Positions 49,090-60,300 of a stretch of 64,000 nt of DNA are shown piece by piece. Under the pieces are notes generated by a model that worked only from the letters and a program-made list of their open reading frames with translations, made no database searches and was not told where the DNA came from. The stretch is from Fistulifera solaris. Taxonomy: Eukaryota. Position 1 is the first letter of the stretch, and each line of letters begins with the position of its first letter. Location: positions 62,001 through 126,000 of the forward strand of contig AP026143.1 in assembly GCA_030295235.1 (NCBI GenBank). Reading direction: 5' to 3'. The translations under genes and the position numbers were made by a program.

Positions 49090-52000
49090 AGAAAAACAAA
49101 AGGCGGATTCCTGACAATGACAACATGTCGTACCCTTATGAGCAATATAGCAAATCTAAAATGTTTGTATTTCCTGTTTCCGTCGTGAAACGTTAAAAAG
49201 TGCTTAATTATATTTATTGAATTGTAATTCCTTAACGACATCCGCACCCAGACTAGCGTGAAGATTTCTGTTTTAAAAAGATGTCACCAGTGCGTGTTGT
49301 TCGGCTTGGTGGAATGCAATGTATCTGTGTTTAGCATGACAAGGGATCAGTCATGCGAAATGGGAGGCATTGGCTGATTGGCTTTAACTTCTACAAGCGT
49401 ACAGTACCTGAAGCGGCTTTCGGATCTTGTTTCTTGTTCCTGGATCCTGGATCCTGGATCTCTTGTTCTCCTCCTGTCCTCCGTCCTCCTCCTTTACTTC
49501 TCTAGTTGTGTACTCCCATTTCCTTGCAGACTGCTGACTGCAGAGTGCAAAGCGACAGTTACTGGAACCGGGTCACAAGTCACGAGTGTCAGTGAGGTGC
49601 AAGTTGTGGACTTATGGCTCGAGGAAAAAAAAATACGCATAAAGCAAAGCATAGTAGAGAAAGTAATACTATGAAAGGACAAGTTTCAAAAAAATGATTA
49701 TCCAAGTTCCAGTGAAACAATCACAAAGGAGAGCGAAAGACGGAAGACTCGGGCAAAATTTAGCACTCTAATTGTCTTTTTTTTAATCCTTACTCCTAAT
49801 AATATGATTGAGAATAGAGAATCTATGGATGAAAATCATCAGGTAAGCGGTGTTCATCAAGTGGCTGAAATATCATCGTCGGATAACAAAACGACTTCAT
49901 CAAACCGGTCTTCAGATACAGTTTGGTCTCTTGAGCTTAGTCACATAACCCGTAGGTTCACCATACGGGTTCATAGTTTATAGTACATCTACCAGAAAAA
50001 GAAGATGATGCTTACAGAAGAAACGAGAGGCCGCTCAAATTCAACAGTCAAGCGAAATCGGCATGATGTGAAGTGTGATATCCCTTAGCAACAAGGGAAT
50101 AAAATAATTGCCTACACCCAGGGAAACGAGTTAACAAACAATGAGCAAAAACTTGCACTTGATTACGAGAATCGATCACATCTCAGCCGGCCGATCGAAG
50201 TAGAAAAGAAATATCGTTTTGGACAGCAAAGATGATGTATGACATAAGATAACTTGATGAATAAATACAAAGCACTCCGGTTTTAGCAGGTAAATTAAAA
50301 ATTTAAAAAGTTTCCAAACTTTATAACGGAGTGCTTCGACTTGGCCGATGGGTCGTGGATTTGATATAATGTGAATAATCAATCAAAAATGAAAGCGTCT
50401 GATATTTACCGAACTTTGGAGAGAGCTATAAAGATCAACGAATCATTTAGTGAGGTCAAATTAGTAGTGGCGCAAATGATCTTAAGAGGAATTTCGAAAA
50501 AATACTAGGCTTGGGGACTAAGAAACTGATTTCTAGGTTATCTCGGACCAACTTAAATATATTATCGCGGACCAAAATAGTGTTCTGCTTTTGCTAGTTC
50601 CAAGCTTGAAATAGAAACTGGGTGCTACAGGGCGAGGTAACTAGTTTTGGAAAGGTATTGATGCTAAAAACGTGCAAAATGATTGTAAGTGTGTTATCAC
50701 AAGTATTTCTAGGTTTACCTGGTAAAAAAATGTGCGGCAATATAAAGGTTTTGACCAGCTTCTCGCTTGGCTTCGGTAAGACAACGGTTCACTTGAAAAC
50801 CTCATTTCAGTATAGGCTCATGAAGGTTACTCTTGGCTTATTTTGATTTCAGTCAAAAACCATTGTCTTTGATGCAACATATCATTATGATAGGTAGGAA
50901 GTCGAAAGGAATTATTGTGGATTTCCTGGTTGGAGCCATTTTTCTAACAGTTAAAGCGAAATGACATGCAAATAAGGTAGTTTTTTGGCTAGAAGATGCA
51001 TTATGCGTTGGAAATCAGCCTTTCGTTCTGCGTCAGCCTTGCTATCATTTTTGGGTCTTTATACAATGAGACAAGGCTTCTCCCGCGATCTTTGCCGTAT
51101 CGGGATGTATCGCTATTTTCCGCTGTGTTGGGTCCCCATTTTCGGAGAAGGTCACGCAACCGCAGTTATGGTAATTCTGATGAGACCATGTCGGCAACTT
51201 CGGAGAAGACTGGAGATGCTCCGTAGAAACCAGTTTTTCTAAGCCTTAAACCCTAGAGAAGGAACCTGCTTCCGTTAACAGCATCAGGACTAGCCGCCAG
51301 TGCTGGAAACCAAATCGAAATGAGTATCGAGCCATCTCTGCTTACGTATGGTGGTTAACGGGCTTGAGTGAGCTAGGAAACTCTACAGAAGCTTAAGGGG
51401 GGTGACCGAAGTCCCGATACCCAAACAGAGCTCACTCCTCACCCCTGCGTGCTCATTTCCTAAGTAATCTGTTGTTATTCTATACTATTAGTTATTAAGA
51501 TCTGCTTCGTGTCTGTTGCGGGTAGCGAAGAACCACTGCCCGCCATAGAATTCGCCAGATACCGGAGTGTGTGGTCGCGAGAAATTGTAGGGAATTATAA
51601 GTTTCCCGTGGATATCATTTAATTCTAGGTCGATTTTCTTCAAAAGGTTTCATGAACTATCAAGCATCAAAATGAGACGAATTTATGTCCATGCTATTTT
51701 TATGCATTGTCCCATAATAGATTGAGCGATACATGCAAATAATTCGAGACTCTAAATCGCGCATTGATTCATTTCAGCTACGATCAATAGATGTCTTAAT
51801 TTTTGCTCCCTCGTTGCTGGTTCGCACAACCATCAAGATACCTTTGCATCCCCCCTCAGTGTTAATTTTTATCTCCAAGTTGCAAATTGACAGCTTTCAC
51901 GATAACCGAATCGTCTGCGAGTATAATACCAACCGGCAGGCTTTATAGTGGGCTTAGTTTAAGTGTTCATAAAATCAACGACTTACAGTTAAAGTTATCA

Positions 52001-52945
52001 TCTGATTTCTACTGTTTGTTGAAGCTCAGCGATGAGCAACCTCATCTTTGCTCTTAAAATGGTGAAGACTCAATTATTTTCTCCAACGTTAACAGCTTTT
52101 GTTCGATGAAAGCATCGTTTTAGCAGTCACCTGCAAGAAGTATTTTCTGTTCACTATCAATTATTGGTGGCTCGTCCATTCTCAGTCTGATTTGTGTCTT
52201 ATTTACTGAAATCTATATTTCCGAGTAAATCGCCACTGTAAGCTGTTGAGACGATAGCACTCGACAGTTATGTTTTTTCAAACCAGGATTTCCCCTTAGC
52301 AGAGGGTTCACCATGAAACCATTGTAGAAACAAACACAATCCTAAATATTTATTACTAGTTTCCTAAAGTTCGAATGCATTTTCGACATTCGACGGAATG
52401 ATTTACTGTTTTTTTTTTTTCTCTTTTGTCACAAATATTCCGATTCCGATCCGGCACTTTGCTGAGTAAGTTCTAGGACTCGACTCGAGAGCCCTAGTGC
52501 TAGTAGAGGGCAAGTCGAGAGCCCGTTTCCCAATGAGGGGAAAATCGTCTTGGCATTCCTTCTCTTGGATTCCGAAATTATTGCTTACAAGTTCAAGTTC
52601 CAACTTCTTGTAGTATAGCAGTACATTGAGTTTTGCGAGATTTTTGGGGAAATGAAGACCAAGCAGCCATTCATCAACATTCACGAACAATCATATCGTT
52701 ACGAAAGGAGCACCACAAGATACAGCAAGGTGGATGTCTGGGTTGAAATAGATATTGGGTCTCGGTCATCTAAGCCCATTCTCAGTTCTTTCGTTGAGTT
52801 GGTGCGTCGCTTCTTATTTCGTCGAAGACGCTTTTCAGTCAATTATTCATGTAATTGTCTACGCTTGTCCAAACGCTCTATATTTGCTTTTTTTGTTTGA
52901 TAGTTGAATTAATCATAATCGTGGAATGAATTCAGGCTTAAGCTT

Positions 52946-54370
52946 CTAACCCTTTGTCGGGCGGCCCTCCAAACTGATGTTAGCGCTTCTTTGGTTCTTT
53001 CCAACTGGTCGTTTCTTCTCAATCATACGTTTTGCCAAATTGCCCCTGCTACCGTCTCGGGGCTGTTGTTCGGGTGACGTGACAGCTTCCCTTCCCTGCG
53101 GACGAACAGAAAAACTGAAGCCTTTTGAATAGGGCACACGGACTCGTTGCATCGCCAATTCGCCGCCGGTCTTTTTTCCGCCAGCAATCAGGGAAGCCAT
53201 GTCTTGTTGTGATTGTGCCTTTTTGGCTGCAACGGGCAGTTGCGTTTGCTGCTGCTGACGCCGAATAGTAGCTAAACTACCTTCACCGCGATGAATACGC
53301 TCTAGGTCTCTCATGTTTCCCGATTTCTGAAAGATCGGACGACTCCACTGTTCAATAAGCTTTTTGAGTAACTGTTTCATTTTCGGCGTTTCAGCATGAT
53401 GCTTATACAGAACCATGACCGTTTTACCGAACTCCGAGCGTTTCAAATCATTAGCAGATATCCCGTTTTCTCCAGTCATCGTTGCCAATACTTCCAAAAT
53501 TCGCTGTCGAACCGTTACATTGCCAAGTTTACCATTGGGCAAAGGCTGGATCCACCTTCTGCAAACTGATAAAAGCTCTAAATCCAGCAACAAACGCTGC
53601 ATGTCGAGCTTCGTGAGCATGTCGATTGTCTCTTGAAGCATCGCTAACTTTCTCACAGCTGGACGCTTTTCAGCAACTGCTTGCTCGTCGTCATCCGCTG
53701 CTGCTTCCATGCGGGCAAGAAAGAGCTTGCACTCATCTTCGCGTTCGGTTTCAGTCTTTTTCACAACTTTTTTCTTCTTCATGCGGTGGACTGCCGCCAT
53801 AATTGGATTATCAGGCTCTTTTTCCTCTTCCCGCAAATCTTCTCCTCTCGGACGACCATCCTCGTCGTAGCGGATCTTCCTCTTTTTCTTCTTTTGCACG
53901 TAATTATCAGGCCTATCATCGTCGAAGTGCTGCTCAGCGTATAGCTCTTTCACAGCGTCTGCGTCCTCACCTGTTGTATCAAGGAAGTCGTCATCTTCTC
54001 TTGTTCGTTGAAACTCACCTGAGTCGTATGAGTCTCCCGAGTCGTATCCCTTGTCTTCATCGTTCGAAGCAATAGTGCCGCTGGGCTTTCTCTTTCCGGC
54101 GGATGATGTGTCCTTGCGTTGTCGCTTCGCAAGAGCCTCAAGTCGTTGACGTCGCGAAAGAGCGGCGGAAGCTTTTGGCTTCTTTTCCTCTTCGTCTTCA
54201 CTATCGGAATCAAATAAACCTCCTTCATCGTCGCTATCGACATCCTTTTTCGACGGCGCCGCCTTTTTTCGAGGGGCGGGTGCTTTCTTTTTCGATGTTA
54301 GGGTGTTCGAGATCAACTCGTTTGTGTCGTCCGAGTCCGAACCGAAAAGATCATCGTCATCGTCAGACAT
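52946..54370 (-). CDS. IWS1: Transcription elongation factor IWS1/Spn1
   Basis: Acidic N-terminus, MEAAADDD..PAVRKL, RWIQPLPNGKLGN, LKRSEFGKTVMVL, LIEQWSRPIF. Confidence 0.9.
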   Translation of the reverse strand: MSDDDDDLFGSDSDDTNELISNTLTSKKKAPAPRKKAAPSKKDVDSDDEGGLFDSDSEDEEEKKPKASAALSRRQRLEALAKRQRKDTSSAGKRKPSGTIASNDEDKGYDSGDSYDSGEFQRTREDDDFLDTTGEDADAVKELYAEQHFDDDRPDNYVQKKKKRKIRYDEDGRPRGEDLREEEKEPDNPIMAAVHRMKKKKVVKKTETEREDECKLFLARMEAAADDDEQAVAEKRPAVRKLAMLQETIDMLTKLDMQRLLLDLELLSVCRRWIQPLPNGKLGNVTVRQRILEVLATMTGENGISANDLKRSEFGKTVMVLYKHHAETPKMKQLLKKLIEQWSRPIFQKSGNMRDLERIHRGEGSLATIRRQQQQTQLPVAAKKAQSQQDMASLIAGGKKTGGELAMQRVRVPYSKGFSFSVRPQGREAVTSPEQQPRDGSRGNLAKRMIEKKRPVGKNQRSANISLEGRPTKG

Positions 54371-54694
54371 GGTATTTGTTCTATCTTACTTTATTCAATG
54401 TCAGATAAGTGCTGATCTACTAGCTTTGACTGTCAATGGCGCTGTTCGCTCGCTGCTGAACGCTGAACGCGTTTGCGTTCCGTCCTTGCGTCGGTCAGAG
54501 AAAGGCCCTCGTCCGCGAAAATCAATCGAGTTCACGTGAACATAATCGTATTAACGCTCAGTTAACGGTGATAAACGTCACGCCTTTTTTACACCCCCGA
54601 AATAAGATTTTCAGAGTTTTCTTTTTCATGTAGTGCGAGATGGACTTATTGCCTATTGCATTATGCTATCTCATTTCCTATTGTGTTACGAACG

Positions 54695-56263
54695 ATGTCC
54701 TTCTCTTATTACGAAGTGGCTCAGGAGCATGTCTGGAAAGGCGGCTTTTATTTAGCGCTTTGCGTTTATGCATTTTCTTGCGCGCAAAGCAGTGGTTCTT
54801 TTCTCACTTGGAGCGCCATCGTTGGGGTTTTTATGGCCATATGCTTCTTCCAAGAACTTGCTTTACTTTTTCAACGGCGTCATTTACCGCCTGGTCGCTA
54901 CGGACTACCTTTAATTCGTGAACTTCTCTGGTTCGTCATCGGCAACAAGATGGATTTCTTTGCTGAACGAAAGAAGAAATGGGGAGCGATCTTTAATGTT
55001 TCGATTCCTTTCACAGCTACCATCTTGTCGGAACAAGAAGATTTACAATGGCTATTCCAGATGGAGCGAAAAGGATTTATCAAAATTTCGTGGCCTGCCA
55101 CAGTCGTTGCGACTTTAGGTCCAAATGCGATCGCGAACGTGTTTGGAGAACAGCATCGAAGACTTCGAGCATTTTTTCAACCCTGGTTCAGCCCCGCGTT
55201 TGTGGAAAACTATCTTGGTGTTATTGATGTGACAGTACAAGAAGAGCTAAAAGAATGGGCAACATTGTCATCATCGTCGACTCTTTCCTCTGACGTCTTC
55301 AAACTTTTTGCTCTTCGTTTGTTTTTTGCTGCGAGCTTCGGGAAGGTTGACGAACAGATGCTCATTACATTTCACGACGACTTCAAGACCTGGTTGGATG
55401 GATTCATTTCCATAACGGGCACGGTTCGCGTTCCAGGTACACGTTTTGATCAAGCCATGGCTGCACGCGAACGCATTCTGACTACCATCGACCACCTCAT
55501 TGATCAGTTTGAAAAGGAAAATCCGGAGGGTTCAGATCTAGCAGAGAACACTGTACTAGGTAGATGCGTGTATGCTTCCGGTGAAGATGGCTTATGTCCT
55601 GATCGATCTCAGCTGAAAGATGGTTTGTTGAATATTATTTTTGCTGGTCATGATACGACTACCGGTGCCATGGGGTCCGCGATTTATCATCTGGCGCACC
55701 AGTCGGTGGCCAGAGATGCACTCCTAGAAGAAATCAACAATCTTTTTTCGAAGTCGACAGGACTCGATATGGAAAAACTAAAGTCCGCACCAGTTTTGAA
55801 CGCAATCATTTGGGAAACCATGAGGGTAGACCCGCCTGTGCTAGCAGGCCCACGCCGTACGGAACAAGAGTTGGTCTATAAAAATTTCAGGTTCCCCATG
55901 AATTCGTTGATATTCTATAGCATTTCCTTGGCTGCGACGGACCCGAATGCGTATGAGCATCGACCTCTTGAGTTCGATTTTCGTCGATTTCTTCCCAAGG
56001 ATCACAAACTGTATGATCCGACCATTTGGAATCACAAAGAATCCCGCGACATTGTCGATCCAGCTCAAGGTCGAGCCAACTATCCGATCTTCGGTGGTGG
56101 AAGTCGTATTTGTTTAGGAAAACATTTCGCACTGCTAGAGTTGCGCGTGTTCTTGGTTCGCCTGTTTCAAAACTATGAACTGTCGGTGGAAAATGGGACG
56201 AAGGCGTGGCTTCCTATTAACACATGGAATGTGAATTTCCAATTATTAAAGAAGACCACTTAA
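54695..56263 (+). CDS. Cytochrome P450
   Basis: LPPG, I-helix AGHDTT, ExxR (ETMR), haem motif FGGGSRICLG. Confidence 0.95.
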   Translation: MSFSYYEVAQEHVWKGGFYLALCVYAFSCAQSSGSFLTWSAIVGVFMAICFFQELALLFQRRHLPPGRYGLPLIRELLWFVIGNKMDFFAERKKKWGAIFNVSIPFTATILSEQEDLQWLFQMERKGFIKISWPATVVATLGPNAIANVFGEQHRRLRAFFQPWFSPAFVENYLGVIDVTVQEELKEWATLSSSSTLSSDVFKLFALRLFFAASFGKVDEQMLITFHDDFKTWLDGFISITGTVRVPGTRFDQAMAARERILTTIDHLIDQFEKENPEGSDLAENTVLGRCVYASGEDGLCPDRSQLKDGLLNIIFAGHDTTTGAMGSAIYHLAHQSVARDALLEEINNLFSKSTGLDMEKLKSAPVLNAIIWETMRVDPPVLAGPRRTEQELVYKNFRFPMNSLIFYSISLAATDPNAYEHRPLEFDFRRFLPKDHKLYDPTIWNHKESRDIVDPAQGRANYPIFGGGSRICLGKHFALLELRVFLVRLFQNYELSVENGTKAWLPINTWNVNFQLLKKTT

Positions 56264-56498
56264 AGAAAGAGAGAGGTGGAGCATTGAGCGGCGTCGAATA
56301 CAGAAAAGTAAAAGTATTTATCAAGACGTTCAAAAAATTAGTTATGTTTGGCTACTAGCGATCAACGTCTCCCATCATGATAACTTGTTTTGACAGCAGA
56401 TTAAGGAAAAGACTAAAATAGTCTATGCAGCTACGTGCTTCCAAACGCTTTCAAGTGGATGCCTAAGTTCGTAAAAACGTTCTTCGGATGGACAATCT

Positions 56499-57566
56499 TT
56501 ACTTCTTGTCGCGCCGGTTCAGTGCTCGTAGAGCGTCTGCGACTAAGCTAGATCTGCGTCGAGCCGGTTTATCATTCGTCTGAAATATCCCCTTGTTCTC
56601 TTCCTCGCTAACTAGTTTCGAACCGTTGTGCTGTACTTTGCCAGGAGCATCGGCGACAAGGAACCGGTTGGAGTTTCGTTCCGAGTCAGGTTTTGTGTTT
56701 GGTTTTTGGTGCTGAATGCTAATAGTGCGGTTTGCGGGAATGGATGACTTGACGTGGCGAAAGAGAGTTTCGACATTGCCAGAGTTGAAATGACTGCCAA
56801 CAAAGCGAGATTTCTGAATGAGAGAATTTCTCCGAATTGGAGCAGTAATTTCCAGCCGTGTTCGTGAAGGCAGAACCGCTTGGTTAAGACTTTGCTTATT
56901 CTCAATTGGAAGCAGGGCTTCTGTGCGCTGATCAGATGTCCCAATTGACGACTTTTTTCGTTTTGCTTTTGGTTTTCGAGAGTCCTCAGAAGCGTCTTTC
57001 TTGGGCGCCACCACAGAAGTCTCTGCTGAGTTGTTATCTAGGACCTCAAATCGGTCAAACAATTGTTGCTTGTAGCGATGTTCACCCGGAACTTCACTAA
57101 GAGCATGTCTCAAGAATGCATCGAATGGTTCTTGAGGCGACAATTGCAAGGCAACGAGCGAAATGAGATGCGAAATATCCCTAAAAACGAGGTCTTCGTT
57201 TTCAAGTTTCTTTCCCTTTCTGCTTTTTCCAAATTTCTTCTTATAAAGCTTGGTAAAGACACCTTCGTAATCAACCCATAAACGAAGTCGGAGTAAAGCC
57301 TGCGCTTTCAGCTCACGTTTTCGGGAGTCGCTCGTCGTTGTTTCTGACGAAGTGAAGTCGCCTCCAATGTTTCGAGGCAATTCATTCAATAATTGCATAA
57401 GCTTTCGAAAATTTCCCTTACAACCGTTGCTGTATTTGAGAATAACTTTTAGTGAAGGCTCTCCAGTCTGAACATAAGCTCTTAATTTCTCTGTTAAGCT
57501 CTCATTCAGTGAGCTGGGTTCTTCTTCGTGTCTATCGACTGCCATGCAGTCCGCTTTTTCGGTCAT
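56499..57566 (-). CDS. Hypothetical basic nuclear protein, weak resemblance to the Sld3/Treslin domain
   Basis: 360-codon ORF; RELKAQALLRLRL followed by a helical region and a disordered tail. Confidence 0.6.
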   Translation of the reverse strand: MTEKADCMAVDRHEEEPSSLNESLTEKLRAYVQTGEPSLKVILKYSNGCKGNFRKLMQLLNELPRNIGGDFTSSETTTSDSRKRELKAQALLRLRLWVDYEGVFTKLYKKKFGKSRKGKKLENEDLVFRDISHLISLVALQLSPQEPFDAFLRHALSEVPGEHRYKQQLFDRFEVLDNNSAETSVVAPKKDASEDSRKPKAKRKKSSIGTSDQRTEALLPIENKQSLNQAVLPSRTRLEITAPIRRNSLIQKSRFVGSHFNSGNVETLFRHVKSSIPANRTISIQHQKPNTKPDSERNSNRFLVADAPGKVQHNGSKLVSEEENKGIFQTNDKPARRRSSLVADALRALNRRDKK

Positions 57567-57924
57567 CTTCAGTAGAACCAACAGCTATAGGCAAAGTAGA
57601 TTATAAGCCAAGATACACTGTTTGGAGAGCACCGAATGAGTGAACCGAAAAAGGTTTGAAAGGGAAGAAATAAATGAGGCTGGCGCACCCAAAAAGCGCC
57701 AAAACGTCAAAACAATGACATCGCGCAGGGCGGTCGTCCACTCTATGTACAAAGCCTCATTGGGTACCGGTACGATAGGCTTTTGATTTTTGGATTTTTG
57801 ACAACTTGACGTCACAAATTATTGGGCCTGTTGTATCTTTCGGGCTTCGATCAATTTCAACAACCAACATGAGCAAAACAAAGCAAAGCGCTGAATGACC
57901 TCTCCCAGCTTCTTTAAAGCGAAA

Positions 57925-58491
57925 ATGAGACTCTTATTCCTTTTTATAGCATTTGTGTCTGTAGAAGCGTTCGTTGTGACCCACAATATCCGACCAGCGA
58001 CAATCGCTCTTCAGTCGGAAAATGGCAGCGGCATGGCAAGGATGTTTGGGTTGGTGGCAGCAGTGTCGGTGTTTTCTTTGAATAGTCCTTCTGCTCTGGC
58101 TTCAGACTTACAGGGACCCGTCGGTAAGGTTATCGGTCAATTCAGTAGTCGCCCGTCTTTGTACGTCCTGGTCTCTCAACATTCTCTCGCTTCAGCACCG
58201 TTCGCGTCATCCACAGTACACGTAGCCGAAGCTATCAAAGTACTCGACATGGGTCTTCCAACCTATGGCGATATCAAAGACAGTAAAGCAAGTGTCACAA
58301 ATGTCAAATCGTTGTCGACGGAGGCTACTGGCATGATGTCTCGATCGAAGAAATCCTCCGGCGGATCCGATGCGGCTGAAACACCGGAAAAGAAGCCCGT
58401 ACTTCAGAAACAATCTTACACTCCGGCAAAGCCATCTTACGTTCCTCCCAAACAAGAGAAGGGGACTCCGATGCCAACATATGATTTTTGA
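57925..58491 (+). CDS. Hypothetical plastid (possibly lumenal) protein; probable in-frame intron ~58123-58195
   Basis: MRLLFLFIAFVSVEA|FVV presequence, a second hydrophobic stretch ending ALA, and LDMGLPTYGDI. Confidence 0.7.
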   Translation: MRLLFLFIAFVSVEAFVVTHNIRPATIALQSENGSGMARMFGLVAAVSVFSLNSPSALASDLQGPVGKVIGQFSSRPSLYVLVSQHSLASAPFASSTVHVAEAIKVLDMGLPTYGDIKDSKASVTNVKSLSTEATGMMSRSKKSSGGSDAAETPEKKPVLQKQSYTPAKPSYVPPKQEKGTPMPTYDF

Positions 58492-58744
58492 GTCAAATAG
58501 AACGACTGCAGCGTGCATTTACTTTACCAACTTGGTCCGCGACGAAATGGTATCCTCAGTCGTTAGCCTTAGTATCTATAACAGTAACTCCTCGTTGCTT
58601 ACAAATAAATTGAACACCGGCAGTATGGAATACTCAATAAATACACCAAACTTCAAAGCTTTAGCTTAAGATCCTTCCGGGGGACGACTCTCTAGAGAGA
58701 CGACTTAACCTTGTTCTTATTGGCGGAGCCAATTATACTTTATG

Positions 58745-60300
58745 ACAATAACAATAACAATAACAATTTGAGATTATATTTTAAGTCCTATCCACGTTGT
58801 AGGGATCTACTCTTGTCGAAGTAGACCGCTAGAACTGATTCAGACTGGTTGCCCATCAAAAATGGACATCCGATTTTGTTGTCAAAAATGCGATGATTTC
58901 CGTGAGAGCTAGGTGTCCGAGGGATGGTCGACGTGTGTCAAGACCAAAGAAAGTAACGTGAGAGCGCCAAAGTCGTCTGCGTAGAAAGTGTACTGGGATC
59001 GTTGTAGGCGGCAGCGAGCCGAGGTCAAACTTGCTAATTCATACATAGCCTGCTTCTTCGATGCTTAGAATTGCCCGTGTGTTGTATTCTCCGATACTGT
59101 GATTGATTCTCCATGATTTTGTTCTCCATGCTTAGGTTCTCCATTCGATTAGTGAACCCTTGATATAAGTTGAAAATGCGATAATTTCCGCAAGAGCTAG
59201 GTGTCCGAGGGATGGTCGACGTGTGTCAAGACCAAAGAGAGTAACGTGAGAGCGCCAAAGCGTCGTCTGCGTAGAAAGTGTACTGGGATCGTTGTAGGCG
59301 GCAGCGAGCCGAGGTCAAACTTGCTAATTCATACATAGCCTGCTTCTTCGATGCTTAGAATTGCCCGTGTGTTGTATTCTCCGATACTGTGATTGATTCT
59401 CCATGATTTTGTTCTCCATGCTTAGGTTCTCCATTCGATTAGTGAACCCTTGATATAAGTTGAAAATGCGATAATTTCCGCAAGAGCTAGGTGTCCGAGG
59501 GATGGTCGACGTGTGTCAAGACCAAAGAGAGTAACGTGAGAGCGCCAAAGCGTCGTCTGCGTAGAAAGTGTACTGGGATCGTTGTAGGCGGCAGCGAGCC
59601 GAGGTCAAACTTGCTAATTCATACATAGCCTGCTTCTTCGATGCTTAGAATTGCCCGTGTGTTGTATTCTCCGATGCTGTGATTGATTCTCCATGATTTT
59701 GTTCTCCATGCTTAGGTTTTCTATTCGATTAGTGAACCCTTGATATAAGTTGAAAATGCGATAATTTCCGCAAGAGCTAGGTGTCCGAGGGATGGTCGAC
59801 GTGTGTCAAGACCAAAGAGAGTAACGTGAGAGCGCCGAAGCGTCGTCTCCGTAGAAAGTGTACTGGGATCGTTGTAGGCAGCGGCGAGCGGCCTCCAAAT
59901 GTGTATCTGCATGAAAAACATGCTTCTCCGATGCTTAGGTTCTCTAATCGCCTAATGAACCTTTGAATATACAAACTGCAATAATTTCCGTGAGAGGTGG
60001 GTGTCCGAGGGATGGTTGACGCTTGTCAAAACCAAGAAAAGAGACATGAGAGCGCCAAAGCGTCGTCTGCGTAGAAAGTGTACTGGGGTCGTCGTAGGCG
60101 GCGGCAAGCCGAAGCCAAAAGTTGTAAATGCCGTAAAACAATCAATATCCATTCGTTTCACTTGAAATAAAATCCATATGCTTAGAAATAAAGCAGGTAT
60201 CCTTTTTATCGAAAAAGAACCATCGATAAAGACCTGTCGTAGATAAAATACGAATATTTCGAAATCCTCCGTGCGCGTGACTTTTCCAACGGAAAAGTAA
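58745..60300 (-). mobile_element. Non-autonomous retroposon-like insertion (1556 bp) with 14-bp TSD and microsatellite tail
   Basis: AATTATACTTTATG at both 58731-58744 and 60301-60314; (ACAATA)x3.8 abuts the left copy; no substantial ORF inside. Confidence 0.75.
58885..60115. repeat. Tandem array: three near-identical ~290-bp units, one 220-bp variant and a diverged partial unit
   Basis: Anchor GTGTCCGAGGGATGG at 58913, 59201, 59491, 59781 and 60001 (spacings 288, 290, 290, 220). Confidence 0.97.

Noticed and set aside
51177..51235. Hammerhead ribozyme (CTGATGA...GAAA)
   Set aside because: There is no G-C closing pair for stem II and stem I cannot form. The CTGATGA at 63198 likewise has no matching core.
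51366..51446. HDV-like ribozyme on the minus strand
   Set aside because: The P1/P2 pseudoknot topology fits loosely, but P3/L3, P1.1 and the J4/2 catalytic motif are absent.
51395..51617. Polypurine tract plus LTR (AAGGGGGG-TGA...TCA)
   Set aside because: No second LTR, TSD or recognisable pol remnant nearby. Kept only as an alternative explanation for the structured island.
58885..60115. CRISPR array or coding repeat
   Set aside because: Units are 220-290 bp with identical spacers in three copies, there are no cas genes, the context is eukaryotic, and no long ORF spans the array.
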